The notes beneath the pieces were generated by a model. The model did not search any database, had not been told where the DNA came from, and was given only the letters and a program-made list of their open reading frames with translations. DNA of 64,000 bases from Agathobacter sp. (GTDB taxonomy: Bacteria > Bacillota > Clostridia > Lachnospirales > Lachnospiraceae): NCBI GenBank assembly GCA_045628825.1, contig JAZQQA010000047.1:9577-73576 (forward strand), written 5' to 3'. Position numbers and translations under genes: made by a program. This document shows positions 20,856 through 30,969 of this stretch, piece after piece. Positions within the stretch are counted from its first letter, which is position 1; each line of letters begins with the position of its first letter.

Positions 20856-21982
20856 AGAAAACCTCCCTTATTATACTTCTTTGGCTGTAAGCCAACATTT
20901 AATACAAATCCCATGCCAATATAAAGCGACATGAGCGATGTCAGTCCATAACTTACAAATGGAAGTGGAATACCTGTGTTTGGCGCAAATCCCGTTGCTA
21001 CACAAATATTGACAAAACTTTGAAAGGCCACAAGACTCGCCATACCACAACAAATCAGGCGTCCTGCCAAATCCTTTGCCTTCCTACCTATCATAACACA
21101 TTCTAATACAATTAGTAACAATAAAATTATGATTGCAGCACATCCTAAAAATCCCAACTCTTCTCCAGCAACAGCAAAAATAAAGTCTGTTTGTGGCTCA
21201 ATAATATAATTGGTATTATTCATAGATGTTGCAACAGAGTTATTAAGCCCCTTTCCAACCAACTGCCCGGACCCAATGGCCATAATGGAATTCTGTTGCT
21301 GCGTTGCCGCTTCCGTATAGAGCGGATTAGTTGGATCCAACCAAGACATAATTCGTTTAAACTGATAATGCTCTGCTACCAGTTTTTCTGCATTGCGAAC
21401 CACATACAAAAGGCCAAATACGACGGTCGGAACCGTTACCATTAGTACCACAAGAATAATTTTATAACTTAGTCCCGCAATAAACAAGAGGGCACAGAAA
21501 ATGAATGCAATAACGATGGTTGTCGAAGTATCTGGCTGCCTTAAAATGAGCGCAAGCGGAATACCAAGAAGCACAAAAGATGCAAACATAATCTTTACAG
21601 TATTTAGTTTTTCCTGATATTTCATTAGGAAATATGCAAAAAACAAAATCAATAATATTTTGGCTAATTCAGAAGGCTGAAATCGAATTCCAGCAATCAT
21701 AATCCAACGTTGGCTACCACCAGTCGTTTCACCCTTTAACTGCACAAGTACAAGTAAAGCATTGGTAACAAGATAAAGGGGCCACGCAAATTTTAGCACA
21801 AAAGAATAGTCAAACAAAGAAACAACGACCATAATAAGAAGTCCCACAAGAAATCCTAAGAACTGCTTATTTTGAACGGATGCCTCCGCACTACCAATAA
21901 CTAAAATTCCAATAATCGTAAGAATGACCAACCAAAGTATTAAGGAAAATCGATAATTTCTTATACGATAATATTTAAACAT
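20852..21982 (-). CDS. rodA: Rod shape-determining SEDS protein RodA
   Basis: QRWI, FQPSELAK, QPD, AIGSG, TDFIF, PNTGIPLPFVSYG. Confidence 0.9.
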   Translation of the reverse strand: MFKYYRIRNYRFSLILWLVILTIIGILVIGSAEASVQNKQFLGFLVGLLIMVVVSLFDYSFVLKFAWPLYLVTNALLVLVQLKGETTGGSQRWIMIAGIRFQPSELAKILLILFFAYFLMKYQEKLNTVKIMFASFVLLGIPLALILRQPDTSTTIVIAFIFCALLFIAGLSYKIILVVLMVTVPTVVFGLLYVVRNAEKLVAEHYQFKRIMSWLDPTNPLYTEAATQQQNSIMAIGSGQLVGKGLNNSVATSMNNTNYIIEPQTDFIFAVAGEELGFLGCAAIIILLLLIVLECVMIGRKAKDLAGRLICCGMASLVAFQSFVNICVATGFAPNTGIPLPFVSYGLTSLMSLYIGMGFVLNVGLQPKKYNKGGFL

Positions 21983-22670
21983 TCAAATGCTCCACCAAAG
22001 GCTCAACCACAACCTCACCATCCACAAGGCGAGCAATTTTTGGTATTGCCTTATATTTATTACGCTCAAATTTCTGAGAAATCTTATAATCCTTTCGATC
22101 AAGCTCTCCAAGTTCATTGCAAATACGGAAATTCTCTGCACAAAATGCATAGGCACAAATGGTTGCAGAAGTGTCTCCCTTTGCTCCAGCAATGACTGTA
22201 CCAAGCAAGGCACCACGAATCAAAACATCCTTATCCGAGATTACGATTGCGCCTCTCTTTACATTGCCAAGAATCACAACAGATTTATCCGTCTCTACCG
22301 TCTGACCAGCCTCAACATCCCCTTCAATCAGGTAACATTCCGGATAAAATACCTTAGGTTCATAATCCTCTGGGTAGAGTTTCTTTAAAAGCATGTCATT
22401 GGTTGCATACTCCATCAGTTTGTCGTTCTCAATAATCATCGAAACTTTGACAGAGGTATACTCCTCTATCACATCCATAATCTGCAATTTTTCTCTTTCC
22501 TGCAGCTTACGTCCTTCAAAGCAAAGCGCAATTGGTTCCGTACCAAAAAACTTTTCACTGGCCAAAAACTTATTCACGATTTCCTGAACCAAAGCAACAT
22601 ACTCCATGTCCTTATCAAGAACTAAGGTAATGTAGTTTTTGCCACCCTTTAATACTACTGGAACAGCCAT
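21975..22670 (-). CDS. minC: Septum site-determining protein MinC
   Basis: VVLKG N-domain; beta-helix C-domain GQ.V...SVVILGNV..GA, G.V.AG. Confidence 0.8.
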   Translation of the reverse strand: MAVPVVLKGGKNYITLVLDKDMEYVALVQEIVNKFLASEKFFGTEPIALCFEGRKLQEREKLQIMDVIEEYTSVKVSMIIENDKLMEYATNDMLLKKLYPEDYEPKVFYPECYLIEGDVEAGQTVETDKSVVILGNVKRGAIVISDKDVLIRGALLGTVIAGAKGDTSATICAYAFCAENFRICNELGELDRKDYKISQKFERNKYKAIPKIARLVDGEVVVEPLVEHLNV

Positions 22671-22692
22671 AATAAATCTCCTATTCTAGGTA

Positions 22693-25530
22693 TTAATCCG
22701 TAACAGTGGTAGAAGAATTTCCACCTGCGGATTCCGCCTTTCCTGACAAAATATCTTCAAGACTTGCTGCCTTAAAGTAATAATCAAAAATCTTTTTTGA
22801 GGCCTCTGCAGCATTATGTGAAGAATATCCATAAGCAATACGTGTTGCAATGGTTACTTCCGGATTATTATATGGTGCATAGCCAACAAATAACGCATGG
22901 TTTGGTCTGGTTTTTACCTGCTGAGCGGTACCTGTTTTTCCAGCAATAGCAACCGCTGAATTATCAAACTCCTTCATGCTCTCACATACAAGACGCATAC
23001 CATATCGAATAGCACTCCATTCACCATTTGTCAGGGTATTTGAAATATCTTCATAATCAGGAGCATACGCTTTAACCACATCTCCATCTGCATTCACAAT
23101 CTGACTCATAAGCTGATACTCATAAAGACGACCGGTTGTAACTGCTGTAACATAGCGCGCAAGTGCTGCTGTGGTATAGTTGTTGTTACTCTGTCCAATG
23201 GCAGCCATGACAGGATATTCATCTGCCATCTCAGAAAGATTTTCTTCTATCTCTAGACCTGTTTTACGATTCAAGCCATAGATGGATGCATATTTTTGAA
23301 GATATGCAATACCCGAAGGATCATCATAAGCTCCGTCATCCTTGCAAGCAAGCTTAAAGCCAACGGAATAATAGAAATAGTTACATGAATCTCTAAGAGC
23401 TTCCGATACATTGATATTGGCATGCGCAGATGGATAAATCCAACACTTAGGGGTATTACTAATATCTGTAAAAATACCAAGACATTTAATTCTGGTTGAA
23501 GTATCAATCATATTTTCGGCAAGACCCGCAGTTGATGACACCATCTTAAAGGTAGAACCTGGCGCTGTCTTTTCCTGCGTCGCATAGTTATAAAGCGGAT
23601 TCGATTTATCTGCATTTAGCTTAGCGTAATATACAGCATCTACGCCATTGGCAAGCTTATTGTTATCATATCCAGGATAACTTACCAAAGCCTTGATTTC
23701 CCCTGTATTTGCATCTGTAATAATGCTAGACCCTGTACATGGATCAAGGGCAAGCTGCGCTGGCGTAATCTCAATATTATTGATTTTATTGAGTATGAAG
23801 GTATACGCATATGAAGTGCTTCTTCCTAAACTAGAAACCGCTTCCTCATCATATTCCAATACCCCCTGATCAAATAACACCATACACAAATCACGACCAG
23901 AGACACTTCCCTTCTTAATCATGTACTTATAGACATTCTTCTGGAAGGCTGCATAATTGGGCAAATCCGTGCGGATAATTTCTACCATTGCATTGTAGAT
24001 TTCTGAAGTATCGGAATACTTGTCATCAATATCCATAAGGGTAATATCAATCCACTGATTTGCAATGGCATATCGCAAATATTCCTGAGGGCTAATCGTT
24101 CCATTACGCCAGTTCACATAGACTGCATCCGAAGTATCAATTGCACTGGTGTCTAAGATATCTTCATCCTTTAAAAAGGAAATCACATCTGTAAAATAAT
24201 CCAGAGTCTCTTCGTTCATTGCATTTATGGTTTGCGCACGTTCCGAAAGCAATTGCCCTTCAATCAGTCCAATTGCATCCTGACACTTCACCTCATAGGT
24301 AGCATAAATGCTTTGCTCAGTAGTAGAAGCATCCTCCTTGGAAAAATGATTGGAATCAATGACATTATTGTTAATTAGCGCAAAATACACATCATTCAAA
24401 GGAATTTTTCCATTTCGAATATTTGAATAAACAATTCCCGCAATTTCCTGCTCCAAAAGACGGTAAGTCGCCTCCTGTAAATTCGCATCAATACTAATAT
24501 ACAAATCATCTCCAGCAACTGGATCTGAATTGGAAATTACCTCTGAAATGCGTCCTACATTGTCAACATATACTTCTTTTTTTCCATTGACTCCACGAAG
24601 ATAGCTCTCATAATAGGCCTCAAGACCACTTCGACCAACGGTATCATTCATGGTGTAGGTACTATCCTTTTCAGATAGACTTGTATACTCTTCATTTGTA
24701 ATTTTTCCAGTATAACCAATAATGGAAGCAAAATACTCGCTGTAATTATACTTACGAATACTATCCTCAATAATTTCAACACCCTTTAAAGTATCTGAGT
24801 GCTCACTCATATAGGCAACCGTCTTGTCACCGACATTTTCTGCAACAACAGTTGCTTTATACTTGGTATAACGATTGGAATTCATTGCATAACGAAGCAC
24901 AACAATTTCATAATTGGTGTGTGGATCGTATTCATCAACCTCAATATTGCTCTTGTTTAAGAAAAAGCCACTGGTATTGTTATGCATAAGATACTCCATA
25001 ATCTGATCTGGAGTAGCATCAGCTTCATTAAAGCCAAACTCTTTGTTATAGGTTAACTTATCATAACTACTCTTCCCAAAAACATCTGCTTTAAATCGCT
25101 TCAGGGAAGTACCTGAATAGCGGAAGGAATAGGTGCCATTTGGATTATATAGAATACCAAAATCATTATTGATACTTTCTCCATTGCCCTCAATAACACC
25201 AATTAACTCTGCAAGTTCTGCATTTAAAGCACGATTACGGGCGGATGTTGTTGTATAGCTCGTGTTATCGATAATGGTTACCACATAAGCAAGCTCATTG
25301 TATGCAAGCAAGGTACCATTGCAATCGTAAATATTACCACGACTAGCATCAACGGCAATTGTCTTTTGAATACGAAGAGCAAAATTCTCGCGATAGCTCT
25401 CACCCTTTACAATCTGCAAATAAAAGACACGCCCTAGCACCAATGCAAACATGACAGAAAAAATTGCCATAAGAATCAGCACACGAGAAGATATTATTTT
25501 TTTAAAGAACTCTCTAATCTCATAAATCAA
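22693..25530 (-). CDS. mrdA: Class B penicillin-binding protein 2 with a large insertion
   Basis: RGNIYD, GSTFK (SxxK), SCN, KTGTAQ. Confidence 0.9.
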   Translation of the reverse strand: MIYEIREFFKKIISSRVLILMAIFSVMFALVLGRVFYLQIVKGESYRENFALRIQKTIAVDASRGNIYDCNGTLLAYNELAYVVTIIDNTSYTTTSARNRALNAELAELIGVIEGNGESINNDFGILYNPNGTYSFRYSGTSLKRFKADVFGKSSYDKLTYNKEFGFNEADATPDQIMEYLMHNNTSGFFLNKSNIEVDEYDPHTNYEIVVLRYAMNSNRYTKYKATVVAENVGDKTVAYMSEHSDTLKGVEIIEDSIRKYNYSEYFASIIGYTGKITNEEYTSLSEKDSTYTMNDTVGRSGLEAYYESYLRGVNGKKEVYVDNVGRISEVISNSDPVAGDDLYISIDANLQEATYRLLEQEIAGIVYSNIRNGKIPLNDVYFALINNNVIDSNHFSKEDASTTEQSIYATYEVKCQDAIGLIEGQLLSERAQTINAMNEETLDYFTDVISFLKDEDILDTSAIDTSDAVYVNWRNGTISPQEYLRYAIANQWIDITLMDIDDKYSDTSEIYNAMVEIIRTDLPNYAAFQKNVYKYMIKKGSVSGRDLCMVLFDQGVLEYDEEAVSSLGRSTSYAYTFILNKINNIEITPAQLALDPCTGSSIITDANTGEIKALVSYPGYDNNKLANGVDAVYYAKLNADKSNPLYNYATQEKTAPGSTFKMVSSTAGLAENMIDTSTRIKCLGIFTDISNTPKCWIYPSAHANINVSEALRDSCNYFYYSVGFKLACKDDGAYDDPSGIAYLQKYASIYGLNRKTGLEIEENLSEMADEYPVMAAIGQSNNNYTTAALARYVTAVTTGRLYEYQLMSQIVNADGDVVKAYAPDYEDISNTLTNGEWSAIRYGMRLVCESMKEFDNSAVAIAGKTGTAQQVKTRPNHALFVGYAPYNNPEVTIATRIAYGYSSHNAAEASKKIFDYYFKAASLEDILSGKAESAGGNSSTTVTD

Positions 25531-26041
25531 AACGATTTACTCTCCTCTTTTCTGCCTTTTCCAAATGTTCATTTCCAACCAAAAGAAGGAAATACAAGAA
25601 AATACCAACAATCATGGTATACACGAATTCTGGTACAATCACTGCTTTCAGATAATAAAAGAAATGAAATCTACTACGGAAAACAAATACAAATAGATAG
25701 ATGACAAGATTACACACCAAATCACTGGTGGAAATCATGACAAGGGGCAGCTTGATATCATCTGGGTAGAAAAATTTATGAAACACTCCATTCAGATAGC
25801 CTATCAGCATATATAGAAGGGCATAAAGTCCCAAATAGAATCCGCAAAAAACATCAAGAAGCAGACCACAAAAGAACCCTATCAAAAGTCCCTCCTTGGA
25901 ACCTCTCATAAAGCCAAAAGAAGATACTACAATAAGGAGTAAATTCGGAACAATTCCTGCAAAGGAAAGCTTCTGAAATACCGTAGATTGTAGCAAAAAG
26001 CAAACTGTAATGACAATAAATAACGTTACCCTTCTACGCAT
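25520..26041 (-). CDS. mreD: Rod shape-determining protein MreD
   Basis: Hydrophobic; PNLLLI, GFFCGLLLD; operon position. Confidence 0.9.
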   Translation of the reverse strand: MRRRVTLFIVITVCFLLQSTVFQKLSFAGIVPNLLLIVVSSFGFMRGSKEGLLIGFFCGLLLDVFCGFYLGLYALLYMLIGYLNGVFHKFFYPDDIKLPLVMISTSDLVCNLVIYLFVFVFRSRFHFFYYLKAVIVPEFVYTMIVGIFLYFLLLVGNEHLEKAEKRRVNRFDL

Positions 26042-26934
26042 TCCGTAGATTCCTCTTCTTCGATCTCTTCAATCACTTTCTTTTGTAAAATTACAAACAC
26101 TTCTTGAATATGCTCAAAATCAACAACAGGCGTAATGGTTCCTGACTTGGTCAGGTTATTAGAATCTTCCTCTAATGTTGCAATATAGCCAATCAAAATT
26201 CCCTGTTGATATTGATCTGAAACATAAGAAGTAACCACCTGGTCACCAACGGCCACATGATTCTCCTTGTCCTTTAATCCAGAAAAAGTGATGGTACCAT
26301 TCTCAGTCATAGACTGCAAATCACCATTCACAATAATATTGGATTGTGTCGTCGTTAACATACCACTCACTTTTGCAGTATCATCAATGATGGAACGAAC
26401 CTTTGCATAATTGGGTCCAACATCGGTTACAATGCCTACAAGACCACTTCCTGCCATAACATTCATACCGACCTGAATGCCAGCCTTCTTTCCTTTATTG
26501 ATGGTAAAGCTATTAAACCAGTTGGTGGAATCCATAGCAATAACACTACAAGCAACCTTCTCATAAGAAGGATACTTTTCATCTAACTCATATAATTCAC
26601 GATAATTTTCCAGTTCATATCGCTCTAGCTTCAAGGTTGATAATTCATATGTCAAATCATCCACCTGCTTTTGCAAGCTTTCATTTTCTTCCAAAACCTC
26701 ACTTAAGGTCTTGAAATCATTGGCTTTTCTTGCAAGATAATGTCCTGAAGTATTGATTCCATTTTGCATAGGAACAAATACATAGCCAGCAATCGAATTC
26801 AGTGGCCCGCCAGAAATATTAAGGGTCAAGCCAAGAATAAATAAAGCAATACATCCAAGAGACAAAATCAAAAGGAGCGAAGCACTCGAAAAGTTTCGTT
26901 TCTTTTTTCGATTACGATTACGAAAACTTCTCAT
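26026..26934 (-). CDS. mreC: Rod shape-determining protein MreC
   Basis: TM, coiled coil, INKG...GI, GLVG.V, GD.VVTS. Confidence 0.93.
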   Translation of the reverse strand: MRSFRNRNRKKKRNFSSASLLLILSLGCIALFILGLTLNISGGPLNSIAGYVFVPMQNGINTSGHYLARKANDFKTLSEVLEENESLQKQVDDLTYELSTLKLERYELENYRELYELDEKYPSYEKVACSVIAMDSTNWFNSFTINKGKKAGIQVGMNVMAGSGLVGIVTDVGPNYAKVRSIIDDTAKVSGMLTTTQSNIIVNGDLQSMTENGTITFSGLKDKENHVAVGDQVVTSYVSDQYQQGILIGYIATLEEDSNNLTKSGTITPVVDFEHIQEVFVILQKKVIEEIEEEESTECVEG

Positions 26935-26942
26935 AGAATCCT

Positions 26943-27962
26943 CTATTTCAAATTGCTATTTTTAATGGTAAATGGAAGTCTCTTATACTTCGCATCTGTC
27001 ATAATCTGTACCAAACCACGTACAGCGCTCTCCTCTGGATCCTCACAGGTATTTACGCGAATACCAGTAATTTCTTCAAACAAAGAATCCAAAGCATGAA
27101 TTTGAGAGCCTCCACCAGTAATATAAATTCCTGATTTAATAATATCTCTAGCCAACTCTGGTGGTGTTTTCTCCAAAATCATCTTAATTGATGTGCAAAT
27201 AGATTCTAAAGTACCCTTCATGGCATTGTAGACAACCTCTGCAGTAATTTCTTTCTCAATAGGAAGACCACTTACAACATCACGTCCAACAATAATCATA
27301 GATTCGCTTCTTCCTGGAAGACCGGATCCTATATTCTCCTTAAGGGACATTGCTGTCTTCTGTCCAATCACAAGGTTATACTCCTTACGGATATAACTGA
27401 TGATATTTTCATCCAAACGATTTCCGCCAAAATGAAGTAAATCAGAAAGCACAAGACCACCCAGTGAAATAATAGAAATTTCTGTGGTATCGCCACCCAT
27501 ATTCACTACCATAACACCTGTTGGCTCGTTTACATCAATACCAAGACCAACCGCATCAGCAATTGGCTTCTCACAAAGATAAACATTCTTTGGGCGGAAT
27601 TTGCTCTTAACAAACACTTCGTAAAAGGCGCGCTTTTCAACATCTGTAATATCCGTTGGAACTGCAACAATAAAGTCTGCACCCTTTGTCTTTCCCTTCA
27701 TTCGATCTTCCAAAAATTGATAAATATATTCCTGAAGGAAATTGAAATCTGCAATTACACCAGATACAACCGGAAAAGTCACCTGAATGCTTTCTGGTGC
27801 CTTTTCATACATAGCATACGCCTTATCACCATATGCATAAATCTGATTTTTTCCAATAATTGCAATGGTATTCTTCTCTTTCAAAGTCTTTCCTGTGGAC
27901 TTACAGAATACTTTCAAATTGGTCGTACCAAGGTCAATTCCATAGATATTACTATTCATCAT
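26943..27962 (-). CDS. mreB: Divergent MreB-family actin homolog
   Basis: GIDLGT, GVIADF, LEKTPPEL..DI, ITGGGS; catalytic motifs altered. Confidence 0.9.
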   Translation of the reverse strand: MMNSNIYGIDLGTTNLKVFCKSTGKTLKEKNTIAIIGKNQIYAYGDKAYAMYEKAPESIQVTFPVVSGVIADFNFLQEYIYQFLEDRMKGKTKGADFIVAVPTDITDVEKRAFYEVFVKSKFRPKNVYLCEKPIADAVGLGIDVNEPTGVMVVNMGGDTTEISIISLGGLVLSDLLHFGGNRLDENIISYIRKEYNLVIGQKTAMSLKENIGSGLPGRSESMIIVGRDVVSGLPIEKEITAEVVYNAMKGTLESICTSIKMILEKTPPELARDIIKSGIYITGGGSQIHALDSLFEEITGIRVNTCEDPEESAVRGLVQIMTDAKYKRLPFTIKNSNLK

Positions 27963-27971
27963 GTTCTCCCT

Positions 27972-28661
27972 TTAATTCAATAATTGATGCTCTAGAAAAC
28001 TAAAATATTGATTATCTCCAATAATGATGTGATCCGAAAAAGTAAGATCCATCAATTCTGCACATTCCTTAATGCGCATTGTTATCCGCTTGTCATCCAA
28101 GGATGGAGTTGCATCCCCACTTGGGTGATTGTGTAGCACCACAAAGGTGGCACCATGCAACATTAATACAGACCGCAAAATATCTTTTGGAGATACATAA
28201 GTATAACTTGTACTCCCAACAGAAACTCGCTCATCTCCCAAGAAATGACATTTGCTATCAAATACAGCAACCACAAGCACTTCATGCGGCAAATAACGTA
28301 GCTCCATATAATATTTTGCAATACTAGAAGGACTATCGAGACGAAGTTCAAAGCCACTTTCCGTTTTCGCAATGCGTTTTGAAAGTTCCGCAAGTGCTTT
28401 TAGCTCCATGGCCTTCACATTGCCTATTCCTGGAATTTGCAAGAGCTCATTATGCGATAAAGAAAAGAGATTCATAAGATTCCCATGTCGCATCATAAGA
28501 AAATTTCTTGCCACATCCAAAGAACTCAAATCCTTCGTTCCATTTCGAATAAGAATTGCGAGTAATTCTGCATCCGAAAGCTGTTCTACCCCATACTTTG
28601 CATACTTTTCATACGGTTGCTCCGATTCAGGTAGACATTTCATTTTAATATGCTGGTTCAT
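27972..28661 (-). CDS. radC: RadC/JAB domain protein
   Basis: LSDAELLAIL, HNHPSG.ATPS..D, DHIIIG. Confidence 0.93.
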   Translation of the reverse strand: MNQHIKMKCLPESEQPYEKYAKYGVEQLSDAELLAILIRNGTKDLSSLDVARNFLMMRHGNLMNLFSLSHNELLQIPGIGNVKAMELKALAELSKRIAKTESGFELRLDSPSSIAKYYMELRYLPHEVLVVAVFDSKCHFLGDERVSVGSTSYTYVSPKDILRSVLMLHGATFVVLHNHPSGDATPSLDDKRITMRIKECAELMDLTFSDHIIIGDNQYFSFLEHQLLN

Positions 28662-28723
28662 ATATTCCTTTCACTCTCAAAAAGGCGCCGAACAAACCAT
28701 AAACATATCAAATAATTATAGCA

Positions 28724-30016
28724 TTATTTCGTAAGCTTCACAAGTTGACGCTCATAAAGTTTCTGTAAAGAAGAAAGAATACCAAGCTTCGCATGATACC
28801 AGGTAAGGCCACCCTGGAAATATACCGCATATGGCTCTTTCACTGGTCCATCTGCAGATAATTCAATGGATGAACCCTGCACAAAAGCGCCTGCCGCCAT
28901 AACAACATCACTATCATAACCTGGCATCGCCCATGGCTCTGGAGTAACATAGCTATCCACAGGAGCTGCAGACTGAATTCCCTCTGTAAAGGCAAGCATT
29001 GCATCACGATTTCCAAAGGTAATAGCCTGAATAATATCATGACGACTTTCTGTTCCATTAGGAATCACTGCAAAACCAAGTTTCTCATAAATTTTAGCTG
29101 CAAAAATGGCGCCCTTTAGTGCTCCACTTACAACGGTAGGTGCCATAAAGAATCCCTGGTAAAATGACTGAATTACGCCAAGGCTTGCTCCAACCTCTTT
29201 TCCAAGACCTGGAGAAGTAAGACGATAAGCTGCATTTTCCACGCATTCCTTTTTTCCACAGATATAGCCGCCAATTGGAGCAAGTCCACCTCCTGGATTC
29301 TTAATTAAGGATCCAACAATCATGTCAGCTCCAACCTCAAGAGGTTCCTTTTCTTCAACAAATTCGCCATAACAGTTGTCAACCATACAGATGACATCTG
29401 GTTTAATTTCCTTAATAAATGAAATCAACTCTCCAATACGATCAACAGAAAGTGTTGGTCTAGTCTGATAACCCTTGGAACGCTGTATGGTAACCAGCTT
29501 TGTCTTTTCATTGATGGATGCTCGAATACCTTCCCAATCAAAGCCCCCATCAGGGAGTAAATCTACCTGCTTATAGGTGATTCCATACTCGGCCAAAGAA
29601 CCCTTTGAAGGACGAATTCCAATGACTTCCTCTAAGGTATCATATGGCTTTCCAACAGGGCTTAATAACTCATCTCCAGGACGAAGATTAGACATAAGCG
29701 CAAGGGCAAGCGCATGGGTACCACAGGTAATCTGTGGACGTACCAAGGCATCCTCTCCCTTAAAGCAATCTGCATACACACGCTCTAAAGTGTCTCTTCC
29801 CAAATCGTTGTATCCATATCCAGAAGTGGCATTAAAGCACTCAGCACTTACACGATTTTTTTGCATTGCTGCAAGCACCTTCATCTGGTTAAACTCTGCT
29901 CTTTCATCAATTTCGCGAAAACGTTCTTCCAATTCCTTAAGAACATCCTCTCCAAAGGCGACTACCTCTGGTGCAATTCCAAGAGCCTTATATTGTTCAC
30001 TCAAATACTGATTCAT
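28724..30016 (-). CDS. Methionine gamma-lyase-like/aluminium resistance family PLP protein (YnbB)
   Basis: GYGYND.GRD, GTHAL, DNCYGEF, GSLIKNPGGG. Confidence 0.9.
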   Translation of the reverse strand: MNQYLSEQYKALGIAPEVVAFGEDVLKELEERFREIDERAEFNQMKVLAAMQKNRVSAECFNATSGYGYNDLGRDTLERVYADCFKGEDALVRPQITCGTHALALALMSNLRPGDELLSPVGKPYDTLEEVIGIRPSKGSLAEYGITYKQVDLLPDGGFDWEGIRASINEKTKLVTIQRSKGYQTRPTLSVDRIGELISFIKEIKPDVICMVDNCYGEFVEEKEPLEVGADMIVGSLIKNPGGGLAPIGGYICGKKECVENAAYRLTSPGLGKEVGASLGVIQSFYQGFFMAPTVVSGALKGAIFAAKIYEKLGFAVIPNGTESRHDIIQAITFGNRDAMLAFTEGIQSAAPVDSYVTPEPWAMPGYDSDVVMAAGAFVQGSSIELSADGPVKEPYAVYFQGGLTWYHAKLGILSSLQKLYERQLVKLTK

Positions 30017-30969
30017 TTTGTTTCAATAATCCCTTTCTCACGTAAAACTGATTGCATATAGGATAAAATCTTTTGTTCATCTCTTTGATACTGTGATTTA
30101 TCTACCCAAATCACATCTTTTTCCCGTCGAAACCAGGTCAACTGACGTTTGGCAAAATGTCTGGTTTCAAGCTTGATTTTATCAATAGCCTCATCCATAG
30201 TACATTTTCCATCCAAATAGTCAAGCATTTCTTTGTATCCTAACCCTTGCATGGATACCATATCTCTATGATATCCCATTGCTTTGAGACGTTTAATTTC
30301 ATCCTCTAAGCCATTTTGCACCATAAGATCCACACGATGATTGATGCGGTCATACATAACCTCTCTATCATCCGTAAGGACAAAATATGCAAAATTGTAT
30401 GGTGATTCCTTCTGCGATTCCGCTTCATTGTGCGCAGAAATCGGACTATGGTTAAGTTCATAATACTCCAAAGCACGAATGACCCTTTTCACGTTATTCT
30501 CATGAATGGTCTCATAGGACACCGGATCAATTTCCTTTAGCTTTTCATGAAGCGCATGGGCACCATGTACTTTTGCATACTCCTCTAATGTTGTGCGATA
30601 GCTATGGTCGTTCTCTTCCCCAGCAAAAGCAATATCATACAAAAGAGATTGAATATAAAAACCAGTTCCACCTGTCACAATAGGAATACGCCCACTGGCA
30701 TAGATTTCCTCCAATGCCTTTTTTGCCATATCCTGGAAAACAACAATATTAAATTCCTCTTCCGGAAGGAGCTCATCTACAAGATAATGAGGAATCCCTT
30801 CCATCTCTTCAGGCATAATCTTCGCAGATCCAATATCCATATATTTATAGACTTGCATGGAGTCTGCAGAAATCACAGATCCTTGTATACTTTTCGCAAG
30901 CGCAATGGACAAAGCCGTCTTTCCAACTGCGGTTGGACCTGTTAGAACGATGATAGGCTTTTTTTGCAT
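30013..30969 (-). CDS. miaA: tRNA dimethylallyltransferase
   Basis: GPTAVGKT, DSMQVY, GGTGFY, AKRQLTWF. Confidence 0.97.
   Translation of the reverse strand: MQKKPIIVLTGPTAVGKTALSIALAKSIQGSVISADSMQVYKYMDIGSAKIMPEEMEGIPHYLVDELLPEEEFNIVVFQDMAKKALEEIYASGRIPIVTGGTGFYIQSLLYDIAFAGEENDHSYRTTLEEYAKVHGAHALHEKLKEIDPVSYETIHENNVKRVIRALEYYELNHSPISAHNEAESQKESPYNFAYFVLTDDREVMYDRINHRVDLMVQNGLEDEIKRLKAMGYHRDMVSMQGLGYKEMLDYLDGKCTMDEAIDKIKLETRHFAKRQLTWFRREKDVIWVDKSQYQRDEQKILSYMQSVLREKGIIETK

Noticed and set aside
28724..30969. No hfq between miaA and the ynbB-like gene
   Set aside because: hfq is patchily distributed in Clostridia; not distinctive.
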